Origin: a virus
Taxonomy: Duplodnaviria > Caudoviricetes
Strand: one strand, 5' to 3'
Length of the DNA: 34,481 nt
Virus record (IMG/VR): IMGVR_UViG_3300043372_000273
Location: 1-34,481 of that record
Positions within the stretch are counted from its first letter, which is position 1, and every line of letters starts with the position of its first letter. Both the position numbers and the translations under genes were made by a program. Below are positions 8,940 to 17,297 of this stretch, in pieces. The notes below the pieces were generated by a model that had not been told where the DNA came from, ran no database searches, and worked only from the letters and a program-made list of their open reading frames with translations.

Positions 8940-9016
8940 GGTGAAGGTGTATAACTGAGTTATATACAGTATGCAACACCGAGTTGCATTTTTTTTCATC
9001 TGCTCAATTATGGGTC
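8940..9016. promoter_or_regulatory. Divergent promoter/operator region of the lysis-lysogeny switch
   Basis: AT-rich; palindromes TATAACT-G-AGTTATA (8950-8964) and ATGCAAC-N5-GTTGCAT (8971-8989), the latter giving back-to-back TTGCAT -35-like hexamers. Confidence 0.7.
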
Positions 9017-9307
9017 ATGCCAAGTAAGCGAGCCCCTAACCAAAAATTAATAGCATTTCCCATCGACAATGAATTGGCGGGATTGATGGACCAGGCCCGT
9101 GGCACCAAGAACCGCTCACAGTTTATTCGCGATGCCATTGCTCGTATGCTTGGTGTGCCGATACAGATGGGTAAAGCTCCTGATCGTGTGAAGTCTGAGA
9201 GATCCACTCTGCGGCTTAATGTCACGATCAATGAAGAGTCTAAACCTGCGGTGCGCACGGTGAATCCGACTAAAAAGCAGACCAAGAAGAAACCTAAAAA
9301 GCCATAA
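9017..9307 (+). CDS. Ribbon-helix-helix protein with basic C-terminal tail; candidate prophage repressor
   Basis: KLIAFPIDNELAGLMDQARGTKNRSQFIRDAI RHH signature; divergent from the early operon; ATG 9017. Confidence 0.78.
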   Translation: MPSKRAPNQKLIAFPIDNELAGLMDQARGTKNRSQFIRDAIARMLGVPIQMGKAPDRVKSERSTLRLNVTINEESKPAVRTVNPTKKQTKKKPKKP

Positions 9308-9708
9308 TGCACGCAGCCTTTACGCTTTTTGCAAAGACGACTGACGTTTACGCCATGGCTGTTGTTGCTGTCTTGCTAATAGCGGCTGTCATCTTCTTTA
9401 GCTTACAAGATCCAAAAAGGGAAGAGCCTTTCACGGAGGAGCCTGCGCCTAAACCTGCTGAGATTGAGCCTGAATCAGTGAAGCTTGAGGAGTCCCAATT
9501 CAGCGGACTCCAGATCTTGGGTTTGCTCTTAATTTTGGGCGGATTGGCATTTGGATTGATTGCCTATTTGATGGATGTGACAGTTAGCTCAGGCACAATT
9601 ACGGTCAATAATCTGGGCCTGCTGAATGATCGCCTGATGTATTTCATAGCCTCTGGGTTTGCTTTTCTGTCAGGTCTTTTGATGATGCTTCTAGGCGGTA
9701 AAAAGTAA
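9307..9708 (+). CDS. Three-TM membrane protein; candidate superinfection-exclusion or lysogenic accessory gene
   Basis: Three hydrophobic segments, AT-richer DNA, coupled to the repressor candidate and followed by a terminator. Confidence 0.7.
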   Translation: MHAAFTLFAKTTDVYAMAVVAVLLIAAVIFFSLQDPKREEPFTEEPAPKPAEIEPESVKLEESQFSGLQILGLLLILGGLAFGLIAYLMDVTVSSGTITVNNLGLLNDRLMYFIASGFAFLSGLLMMLLGGKK

Positions 9709-9717
9709 GCGCCATTT

Positions 9718-9744
9718 AAAGAAGGGACAGGGGTGTCCCTTTTT
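9718..9744 (+). terminator. Intrinsic terminator closing the putative lysogenic transcript
   Basis: AAGGGACA-GGGG-TGTCCCTT hairpin followed by a T run. Confidence 0.7.
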
Positions 9745-9764
9745 CGTTTGAGGGGTTGAGTCGC

Positions 9765-9792
9765 GCCCCGTTTCTGCTCATCCGGTCGGATG
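9765..9792 (+). promoter_or_regulatory. Putative late-promoter box, copy 1 (before lysis genes)
   Basis: GCCCCGTTTCTGCTCATCCGGTCGGATG; same-length copies at 17468 and 26175. Confidence 0.65.
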
Positions 9793-9942
9793 TGTTAAGC
9801 CTGCAGTATGGTTCCTTGGCATGTCCTCATCAGAGGTCATGCAGGTATGTGTTGAGCCTGTCACCGCCGTGGGCTGGGGAGCTTCTCAGCGGTGACAGGT
9901 AACACAAAGAGGCGTGGCGTCATGAGGCATCCTTAAACCTCT

Positions 9943-10335
9943 ATGAAAAACCTCCTCATGAAACGTTTCTCGGCCCCAATCGCCATCGCTCTCAGCATGG
10001 TGCTCATCCTCGGCTTTATGTTTGCGCCCGTTGGTTGTCAGCTGACGCCGCAACAACAGCAGCGGCTCCAAGCCATCAGCGTGCCGGTAACGGCTCTCGG
10101 CCTGCAATGGGCCAAGGCGGAAGGCGTCATTGAAGATGGGGATCGCATCACCATCCAGCGTGGGGTGGCTGTCTTGGTCTCGCCCGGAGACGCTGAGACC
10201 AAGATTTACCAGCTCGCCGAGATTGGCCTGACGGATGCGGTGAATCGTGGGCTCTTCCATGAGGGGCAGACGGCGGAGATCGACGGCTCCAAGGCACACA
10301 TCACCGAGGAGCCGGTCCCTCTGCTGAATCCCTGA
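9943..10335 (+). CDS. Putative lipoprotein/membrane protein of the lysis module
   Basis: Basic N-terminus, hydrophobic stretch and lipobox-like PVGC; directly upstream of the endolysin. Confidence 0.65.
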   Translation: MKNLLMKRFSAPIAIALSMVLILGFMFAPVGCQLTPQQQQRLQAISVPVTALGLQWAKAEGVIEDGDRITIQRGVAVLVSPGDAETKIYQLAEIGLTDAVNRGLFHEGQTAEIDGSKAHITEEPVPLLNP

Positions 10336-10341
10336 TTCTTT

Positions 10342-10373
10342 AACCGCTAATAAACGCTGATAGCCGCTAATAA
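10342..10373 (+). repeat. 32-bp direct repeat, copy 1 (10-bp periodic)
   Basis: AACCGCTAATAAACGCTGATAGCCGCTAATAA, identical at 15154-15185. Confidence 0.9.
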
Positions 10374-10379
10374 AAGCTC

Positions 10380-10928
10380 ATGAAACTCTGCATTGATCCA
10401 GGTCACGGCATGTCCTCACGCATCACCGGCGTGTATGATACCGGCGCTAAGTATGGTCAGCTTGAAGAGGCTGACTTGGTCCTGGTCTTTGCACACGAGC
10501 TCAAGGCGGAGTGCATCCGGTTAGGGGTGCCTGTCTTTATGACGCGCACTGCGGTTAACGAGCCTGCACCGTTGCGCGGACGTGTGGCCGCTGCTCGCTT
10601 TGCTGGTTGCACGCATCTCATTAGCCTGCACATCAATGATGCGGATGAGGCCAAGGCCAATGGCTTTGAAACGCTATACCGGACCTCTGGCAGCTTGCCT
10701 TTTGCGCGGTTGTTTCATGCGATGCTTTTGCCTGCTCTTGGATTGCGAGATCGCGGCGTCAAGCATCGCCCTGACTTGGCTGTCTTAGCGACAGGGAAGA
10801 TGCCTTCTTTGTTGTTGGAGTTGGGTTTCATCCGTAACGCCAAAGACATGGCCATCGTCACCAATCCCGGCGTGATGCAGCAAGTCTGCAAGCTGATTGC
10901 AGAGCGGTTGGTTGCCCTTGGGAAATAA
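10380..10928 (+). CDS. Endolysin, N-acetylmuramoyl-L-alanine amidase (Amidase_3)
   Basis: IDPGHG, E(E)AD, ISLHIN and LLLELGFI zinc-amidase motifs. Confidence 0.92.
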   Translation: MKLCIDPGHGMSSRITGVYDTGAKYGQLEEADLVLVFAHELKAECIRLGVPVFMTRTAVNEPAPLRGRVAAARFAGCTHLISLHINDADEAKANGFETLYRTSGSLPFARLFHAMLLPALGLRDRGVKHRPDLAVLATGKMPSLLLELGFIRNAKDMAIVTNPGVMQQVCKLIAERLVALGK

Positions 10929-10961
10929 GTCTTAGAGGACACATACGACCGATTTAAAGCC

Positions 10962-11306
10962 ATGATTCAAATCCACAACTTCACGATCTATAGAGGACTC
11001 ACCTTCGCCGGGTTGCGGCTCATGTGTCTGGATGCCACGGGCGCACCAGTCGCCATTAACGCAGGCACCACGGCCCTGCTGCAGGCGCGCAAGATGCCTG
11101 GCAAACCTCTGGAGTTTGCGCTGCCTGTCACTCTAGGGCAGGCCGTTGGGGAGATCCTTATCCCGCAGATCTCGGCCGCTTCCACCACCGCCTTTGCCCT
11201 CGGGGCTTTCACTTATGACCTGATCCTCATCAGCTCTGACGCTAAGCCTTGGCCACCCATCCTGACAGGCCTCATCGACGTTAAAAAATCTGTCTCTGAA
11301 GTATGA
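10962..11306 (+). CDS. Virion structural protein (BppU N-terminal-like fibre attachment domain)
   Basis: FTIYRGLTF...GEILI...FTYDLILI...ILTGLIDV beta-sandwich pattern typical upstream of fibres. Confidence 0.55.
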   Translation: MIQIHNFTIYRGLTFAGLRLMCLDATGAPVAINAGTTALLQARKMPGKPLEFALPVTLGQAVGEILIPQISAASTTAFALGAFTYDLILISSDAKPWPPILTGLIDVKKSVSEV

Positions 11307-13375
11307 CCCCAATCGCTAAAATTATCATCACACCGCTGTCGCGTGAAACGATTGCGCGCATGACAATTTCCGCAATAGCTTCACCGGTAAGTGCCTTTAA
11401 AAGGATTGTTGTATCGGCCCTGTTGATGCTGATGATCACTTCTATGCAGGCTCAGAATGTGGGTGATTTTTTGGTGAATGAAAAGATCGCCTCAACAGGT
11501 CGCGTGACACTGCGCTCTTGGCCGAAGGGGGCTAATACGCTCTGGGGAACCGATGCCAACAGCCTGCCTCAAAAGATCACACTTGGCGCTGGACTGACCC
11601 TCAGCGGCACCACCCTCAGCGCGGCTGGTGGATCATGGTCTAGCATCACCGGAAAACCCACCACTCTGAGCGGCTTTGGCATTACCGATGGCATCACGGC
11701 TGCTGCCGCTGCTGCTGCTTATTCCCCACTCAATCACGCGCAAGCCATCAGCACTGTCACAGGTTTGCAAACAACCCTGGACACCAAGGCCAATATTGTG
11801 GCGGGCACCGCTGGAGTGGCAGAGCAAGTTCAAATCAATTTTTCAGGCACAGATGGCACTCAACTTGGTCCCGGCTATTATATCTTGCTGTACGATACAA
11901 ATGGGTCCGTTGGTGTGTGGTGGTCTACTGGCTTTAATTCTGTGCCTAGCCCTGGCTTTGATCCCAGCCGGTGGGTTACTGTGCCGATCAACGTCGACGT
12001 CAGCGCAGACGTTGATCTTGCAGCGGCAACCGCCAGTGCGTTGGATTCAGATGCTGCTTTTGTAGCGTCGGCAGGAGGCACGTCTGTCAATTACGCATTG
12101 GCTGCAACTGGTGACGTGAGCGATGCTGAGCAAGGTAACGCCAGCCTCAGCCTCACTGTGGTGGCTCAAGGTCAAGCGGACTCCCAAGATGCACTGGCAG
12201 CCTATGACGGCAGCAACCTGACAGGGCTGGCGCTAGCAAATCATTCCCACGATTTTTCTGATCTTTTAAACAAGCCCACCACTCTGTTCGGCTACGGCAT
12301 CACCGATTCTGTGCTCCTAACGACTAGCAATTTAAATGCCGCTAATCTTACCGGCACCATCAACACCGCCCGCCTCGGCACCGGCACAGCCAGTGCCAGT
12401 ACCTACCTACGCGGAGACGGCACCTGGGCCACGGTCAGCGGCGGCGTCAGTAGCATCACCGGCACCGCCAACCAGATCACCGTCACCGGCACCGCCACAC
12501 CAACCCTCTCTCTACCTGCCACTATCACGGGCCTCACCAGCGTCACAAGCACCACCTTTGTGGGAGCACTCACAGGCACGGCATCGGGCAATGCAGCCCT
12601 CACGGCGAATGCATTCGTAGCAGATCAAACGCTGCTCAATAGCACCGCAGCAACGAATGGTACTCAGCAAATCTCACCAAACTTGGTGTTGGAAGGGCGC
12701 GGCTGGGCAACCCTTGTCTCACAATCTTTACCCGTTAAAGTGCGGCAATCTGCCGCCCCAATCCAAGGAACTATGCCGACTGCGGTGTGGCGTCTCCAGT
12801 TCGACAAAGCCACCGACAATTCTTGGCCGACTTTTTTTGCTGTGAGCAGCGCGGGAGCCATATCAACGTCCACCACCAACACACTGACACTGGGCACCGA
12901 TCCAAGACTGTCCCAAGGTAGTACGGCTCGCCCCATTGAATTAGCAACAACGCTAGGAGCTGTTACCATTTTTGATGGTGGGGCCAATGGCCAGCGGTTG
13001 GCTTTCAGCCCCACGGCTGGCAATACCTCACCAACCACGCAATTTGTGAGCATTGCCTCTGCGGCTATTTCACAGCGGTCAGGCACCACGGCCCAAAGCT
13101 TTTCTGTGGCTAAGACCTGGACCTCAGCGACTAATTTTGAGCATGGCGTCATGGACTGGCAGACCACCACCGATGTGCTCCGCATTGGCTCCTCCAAGGG
13201 CAGTGGTGGTGGTAGTAATCGTGAGGTGCGTTTCATCATGGGGGACACGGCCAAGATCACTCTCGACACCGCTGGCAATGTGATCCTCTCCGGCCTGCCC
13301 ACCACTGCTCCTGCCACGAGTGGCGCTCTCTGGCGTGATGCTGCCAATGGCAATGTGCTCAAAGTCGTCCCTTAA
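11303..13375 (+). CDS. Tail fibre/adhesin-like protein, T/S/G/A-rich and mosaic
   Basis: WSSITGKPTTLSGFGITD, NKPTTLFGYGITD, LGTGTASASTYLRGDGTWA and LPTTAPATSGALWRD fibre motifs. Confidence 0.8.
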   Translation: MTPIAKIIITPLSRETIARMTISAIASPVSAFKRIVVSALLMLMITSMQAQNVGDFLVNEKIASTGRVTLRSWPKGANTLWGTDANSLPQKITLGAGLTLSGTTLSAAGGSWSSITGKPTTLSGFGITDGITAAAAAAAYSPLNHAQAISTVTGLQTTLDTKANIVAGTAGVAEQVQINFSGTDGTQLGPGYYILLYDTNGSVGVWWSTGFNSVPSPGFDPSRWVTVPINVDVSADVDLAAATASALDSDAAFVASAGGTSVNYALAATGDVSDAEQGNASLSLTVVAQGQADSQDALAAYDGSNLTGLALANHSHDFSDLLNKPTTLFGYGITDSVLLTTSNLNAANLTGTINTARLGTGTASASTYLRGDGTWATVSGGVSSITGTANQITVTGTATPTLSLPATITGLTSVTSTTFVGALTGTASGNAALTANAFVADQTLLNSTAATNGTQQISPNLVLEGRGWATLVSQSLPVKVRQSAAPIQGTMPTAVWRLQFDKATDNSWPTFFAVSSAGAISTSTTNTLTLGTDPRLSQGSTARPIELATTLGAVTIFDGGANGQRLAFSPTAGNTSPTTQFVSIASAAISQRSGTTAQSFSVAKTWTSATNFEHGVMDWQTTTDVLRIGSSKGSGGGSNREVRFIMGDTAKITLDTAGNVILSGLPTTAPATSGALWRDAANGNVLKVVP

Positions 13376-13390
13376 CAAACTAAACCACTT

Positions 13391-13795
13391 ATGATTCGTT
13401 CTACTCTCATCCTTGCATCATTGGCCTGCACAGCTCTATGCAGCGCGCAATTAATAACCGTCAGTGAGCCTGTTGAGCCTCCGGCACAAATTGTCGCTGA
13501 CGCCATCTTCGAGGGATGTAATGCAGCCCTGCAAGATCGTGTGGCTCGAATCAAAAACCTGTGGGAAACTCTCTGGGAAAACGAGCGCGCCACCCCGGCT
13601 CAAATTCTCGTAGCTCTCGGCACCAATGCACATCTTGTCTTTCAGGCAGCAGCTTTGGCCAGGACCGATCTCGAAGCCGTGGCTGAGCTTGCAGGCATCA
13701 CTCCCATGGCTCTGCTCGGTGACGCTAAATATCTCACGCCTAAATTTCCTGTGACCTTCTTCCCTGACGGCAGTGCCGTGTTGACCAATCCGTAA
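13391..13795 (+). CDS. Fibre-associated hypothetical protein with predicted signal peptide
   Basis: MIRSTLILASLACTALCSA-Q; occupies the usual position of a fibre chaperone. Confidence 0.7.
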   Translation: MIRSTLILASLACTALCSAQLITVSEPVEPPAQIVADAIFEGCNAALQDRVARIKNLWETLWENERATPAQILVALGTNAHLVFQAAALARTDLEAVAELAGITPMALLGDAKYLTPKFPVTFFPDGSAVLTNP

Positions 13796-13803
13796 GGCCT
13801 CTC

Positions 13804-14274
13804 ATGCAACTAAGTCTTAGCGCACTTTACACGGACCATCGCCGTGAGCTGATCGCTCACGCGGTTCAGTGCGGCTGTGATCATTACAGCGCTGAGGATG
13901 TCGTTCAGGAGTTGTTTATCAACCTGCATAAATTTGGGCATGTAGCCAAGATTGACGGGCATCAAAACCCCGTTGCCTGGCTAAAACAAAAGCTGCGCTG
14001 GATGGTGCTGAAAAGGCACGCTAAAACCAAGCTGCCAAGTCACGGCGGCGGTGCCTGCCATGTGGAAGTTTCTGAAGCTTACGGCCTTGCTGATGGGTCT
14101 AACACGCCTGACACGGCACTCAACCTGAAAGACACAAGGTCTATCTTGGAATCCTGCGGATGCACGGAAGAAACCGTCATTTGGAGCCCGCAACAAACAC
14201 GCGCCAAAGCAGTGGCCTTGTATCGCTTCCGCAAAGCGGTAGCACCGAAACTTAAAAAGCTACTGTCATGCTAA
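13804..14274 (+). CDS. ECF-type RNA polymerase sigma factor-like protein with shortened region 4
   Basis: LYTDHRRELIAHA...SAEDVVQELFINL...AWLKQKLRW region-2 signature; C-terminal AVALYRFRK resembles the last helix of region 4.2. Confidence 0.78.
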   Translation: MQLSLSALYTDHRRELIAHAVQCGCDHYSAEDVVQELFINLHKFGHVAKIDGHQNPVAWLKQKLRWMVLKRHAKTKLPSHGGGACHVEVSEAYGLADGSNTPDTALNLKDTRSILESCGCTEETVIWSPQQTRAKAVALYRFRKAVAPKLKKLLSC

Positions 14275-14870
14275 CGTACCTTGCTCAATCCACTCCCGAC
14301 ATCAGCAGCGTGCCTGCCGACTTCGTTAAATCGTTTCTGATCATGACGGCCTTTCTGGCTGTCTTGGGCGGTGGCGTGATCTGGGGCAGACGCGGCAGCA
14401 AAGGTAACCCGATCAGCTTAGAGTCGCCGGTCAGTGTGGAGGCCACGATCAAGCCCGCCGAGATTTACGCACAGCAACACGAGCTGGAGAAGATCCAGAA
14501 GCACATCGACGCTTTGACACGCGAGAACCTGCGCGAGCACGAGGCCGTGCGTAAACAAGTGGCTGACAGCATCACCGCTGGATCTGACCGCATGGAAAGA
14601 ATCCTCACCGAACTCAGCGCCATGGAAGGCCGCATGACCAAGGCTATGCTGCATGAGGTCAAAGACTTACACAATCGTGTTAATCCTCTGGCTGAAAAGG
14701 TAGCCGCGCATGAGACGCTGCTGAGCTGGATTCAGGCGCGGCTTTTAGCAATCTGGGACGGCCTCATGTCTCACATCGCCATCGTGGCCAAGAATCAAAG
14801 CGAAGACACGCGAAGGCTGCACAGCCGCATTGATGACGCCATGACACGCGGTGTCAAAGCTAAGTCTTAA
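14268..14870 (+). CDS. Membrane-anchored coiled-coil protein (Mu gp25-position)
   Basis: N-terminal TM (FLIMTAFLAVLGGGVIWG) then a long amphipathic helix; precedes the gp26/gp27-like genes. Confidence 0.6.
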   Translation: MLTYLAQSTPDISSVPADFVKSFLIMTAFLAVLGGGVIWGRRGSKGNPISLESPVSVEATIKPAEIYAQQHELEKIQKHIDALTRENLREHEAVRKQVADSITAGSDRMERILTELSAMEGRMTKAMLHEVKDLHNRVNPLAEKVAAHETLLSWIQARLLAIWDGLMSHIAIVAKNQSEDTRRLHSRIDDAMTRGVKAKS

Positions 14871-14894
14871 TCTCACTTTTAACCCCACACCCTC

Positions 14895-15140
14895 ATGAAT
14901 GAAAAAATCTGTCGTAAAATACTCCACACGCTCGCCGACTGTGACGGGCATCCTTTAAAAGAGTCCGTGCTGAAAGAACATGTCGAAGCGGACATCCGGC
15001 CCGTGCCACCAACCGCTGACTTCGATGACGCCATCGTCACGCTCAAGAGCGGCGGTTACATCCGCGCCAAAGAAGGCGACTTCGGTGGTGAGGTGAAGTG
15101 GCTCATCACGGAAAAGGGTGAGACGTGGCTGGATAAGTGA
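14895..15140 (+). CDS. Mu gp26-like winged-helix protein
   Basis: RKILHTL...LKSGGYI...WLITEKG winged-helix pattern; synteny before the terminase small subunit. Confidence 0.65.
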   Translation: MNEKICRKILHTLADCDGHPLKESVLKEHVEADIRPVPPTADFDDAIVTLKSGGYIRAKEGDFGGEVKWLITEKGETWLDK

Positions 15141-15153
15141 GGCCAGATTTTTG

Positions 15154-15185
15154 AACCGCTAATAAACGCTGATAGCCGCTAATAA
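15154..15185 (+). repeat. 32-bp direct repeat, copy 2
   Basis: Identical to 10342-10373. Confidence 0.9.
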
Positions 15186-15193
15186 CTGAAACC

Positions 15194-15700
15194 ATGAAAA
15201 GCAATGAATCACTGGCTGAAAGACTCATCAAGGCAGAAGTCTATGATGAGTTTTGCGCGCTTATGTTTGGTCAGCGCCTGCGCTACGAGGATCTGCTAGA
15301 GCAGCTTGAGCGCTGGTCGATCAGCAGCTCACTCGGTGCCTTGACTCGCTTCTCTGACAGCCATCGTAGCCAGTGGATCTTAGCGCGCGCCAAGGCTGAG
15401 CATAAAGCCATCTTAGAAGATAGCGGCAGCACGCTGGATGCCGCACAGCGTAAGCTCGTGGCGGAGAACCTCTTTAACCTGGCAGCCTCGCCAGAGATCA
15501 GTGACAAGACGCTGCTCAAAATGCGCGATCAGGAAATCAAGATGGCAGAGCTTGCGCATGATAAGCTCAAGATCGCACAGGCTGAGAGGAAGCTGCAACT
15601 GCTAGAGGCTAAGATGCATGATGTCGATGCAGCTCTGAATGACGCGGCTCTGTCAGATGAGGAAAAGGTCGCACGTTGGAAACAAGTCTTTGGCCGATAA
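15194..15700 (+). CDS. Terminase small subunit-like (Mu gp27/DUF3486)
   Basis: HTH-like ISSSLGALTRF plus coiled coil; immediately upstream of the large subunit. Confidence 0.65.
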   Translation: MKSNESLAERLIKAEVYDEFCALMFGQRLRYEDLLEQLERWSISSSLGALTRFSDSHRSQWILARAKAEHKAILEDSGSTLDAAQRKLVAENLFNLAASPEISDKTLLKMRDQEIKMAELAHDKLKIAQAERKLQLLEAKMHDVDAALNDAALSDEEKVARWKQVFGR

Positions 15701-15701
15701 C

Positions 15702-17297
15702 ATGAGCACGCAAACCAAACGCCAAAAAGAAGCCACTGAGCAACTGCGTGAGCAATCAGCAGCGCGCAAAGCTGAGGCATTTGCGCGCAAGGTTGAGGCT
15801 GCTGCTGATCGCTCGGTGAATCCACTTTTAGCGTTGGAGCTTGAGACTCTGCAAGAGCACTGCACGGGTCATGCACTCGGGGCCAATGCCAACGGCTGGA
15901 AAAACCCTTTCCCTGAAACCAACCCCAAAAGCCAGCTCACCCAGTATGGCTTAGAATACTGGCACGACGCCTCCCGCTTCAAGGCCTGGTGTGCCTCTCG
16001 TCAGGTTGGAAAAGACTTCAACTCGGAAGGTGAAGCCGCAGAGGATTGCCACACGAACCCCAAGCACTCGTGGATGATCGCAGCGCCATCAGAGCGGCAG
16101 AGTCTCGACTCCCTAGATCAGCAGAAGCTCTGGGCTGAGGCCTTTGGCCTTGTGATTGAAGATGAGAACGTGCAGCGTGAAGGCGCGCACGGTGAGACAC
16201 TGCTCAAGTCAGCCGAGATTCTTTACAGCAACGGTAGCAAATCAGTGGCGGTGCCGGGACGACCTGAAACGGTGCGTGGTAAAAGCAGCAACGTCATCCT
16301 CACGGAGTTTGATTTCTTTGACAACCCGCTGGAGACCTGGCGTGCCATCCTGCCTAGCATTACCAATCCTCTGCGTGGTGGTGAAAAGAAGATCCGCATC
16401 GTGTCCACCCCAAACGGGAAAGGCCGAATGCTGGACAAGATCTTCAATGAACCGCCAAAGGGGAAGATGGTCTGGTCGAAGCACCTGACCAGCATTTATC
16501 ATGCCGTGCTGATGGGGTTGCCTGTCGATATTGAAGCCATCCGTGCTGCCATGGATGATGATGAAGGTTGGGCACAAGAATTTGAGTGCCGCTTTCTGGA
16601 TGGTAGCAACGTCTTACTGCCTTATGATGTGATCCAACTGGCTGAGTCGTTTGAAGCCACGGAATCATGGAGCCTGGATCAGGCGGGCACAACCAACCCG
16701 ACTTTTCTGGGCATTGACTTTGGTCGCTCAAATGACCCGACTGTCTGTTGGACGCTGCAACGTGTCGGCGACATCTTATGGACCCGCGAGGTGCTTGTCC
16801 TTAAAGGCATGAGCACGCCAGACCAGGAGCGTATTCTCAGTGACCGCATTGCTAAAAGTTCACGCGTCTGCTTTGACTACACCGGCCCTGGCATCGGGTT
16901 GGGTGACTACATGGTGGAGAAGCATAGAGAGTGGGACCCGAAAGCGCACAAGATGGGGAAAGTGGAGCTTTGCACTTTCACGGTTGCTTTAAAGCGTGAG
17001 CTATTTCCCAAGCTGCGCCGTCTCTTTGAAGCACCGACGAAGCTGCGTATTCCGGTGAGTCGTGTCATCCGTGAGGATCTGCATCAGATGATGCAGGTCA
17101 TCAATAACGGAGAATACAACTACTGGTCACCACGCACGAAAGATGGTCACAGTGACCGCTGCACAGCGTTGGCTTTAGCTGTCCGTGCAGCCGATGGTCC
17201 CGCTCATGCCTTCGGCTGGAGCCGTCTCAAGCAACCCGCGCAAGATGGCAATCCGGGCTCCTTATTAAAGCGGGCGAAACGGGCGCTTGGTCTGTGA
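15702..17297 (+). CDS. terL: Terminase large subunit (Mu gp28-like)
   Basis: SRQVGKD Walker A, VILTEFDF Walker B variant, VSTPNG, LGIDFGRSND and DGHSDRC nuclease motifs; ATG 15702. Confidence 0.92.
   Translation: MSTQTKRQKEATEQLREQSAARKAEAFARKVEAAADRSVNPLLALELETLQEHCTGHALGANANGWKNPFPETNPKSQLTQYGLEYWHDASRFKAWCASRQVGKDFNSEGEAAEDCHTNPKHSWMIAAPSERQSLDSLDQQKLWAEAFGLVIEDENVQREGAHGETLLKSAEILYSNGSKSVAVPGRPETVRGKSSNVILTEFDFFDNPLETWRAILPSITNPLRGGEKKIRIVSTPNGKGRMLDKIFNEPPKGKMVWSKHLTSIYHAVLMGLPVDIEAIRAAMDDDEGWAQEFECRFLDGSNVLLPYDVIQLAESFEATESWSLDQAGTTNPTFLGIDFGRSNDPTVCWTLQRVGDILWTREVLVLKGMSTPDQERILSDRIAKSSRVCFDYTGPGIGLGDYMVEKHREWDPKAHKMGKVELCTFTVALKRELFPKLRRLFEAPTKLRIPVSRVIREDLHQMMQVINNGEYNYWSPRTKDGHSDRCTALALAVRAADGPAHAFGWSRLKQPAQDGNPGSLLKRAKRALGL

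Noticed and set aside
12664-13362. 232-aa minus-strand ORF and similar antisense ORFs in the track
   Set aside because: Shadow frames opposite well-supported genes in GC-rich DNA, with no motifs.
11303-13795. Invertible G-segment or diversity-generating retroelement acting on the fibre
   Set aside because: No invertase, reverse transcriptase, flanking inverted repeats or adenine-mismatched template/variable repeat pair was seen.
10342-15185. CRISPR array suggested by the 32-bp repeat
   Set aside because: Only two copies 4.8 kb apart, with no spacers and no cas genes.
15639-15701. Upstream starts given by the ORF track for terL (also 8999, 8984, 20621, 29672)
   Set aside because: They overlap neighbouring genes or control regions; downstream ATGs fit operon spacing better.
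16290-16320. Terminase inactivation suggested by Walker B VILTEFDF
   Set aside because: The catalytic Glu and all other ATPase and nuclease motifs are intact, so it is treated as a variant rather than decay.
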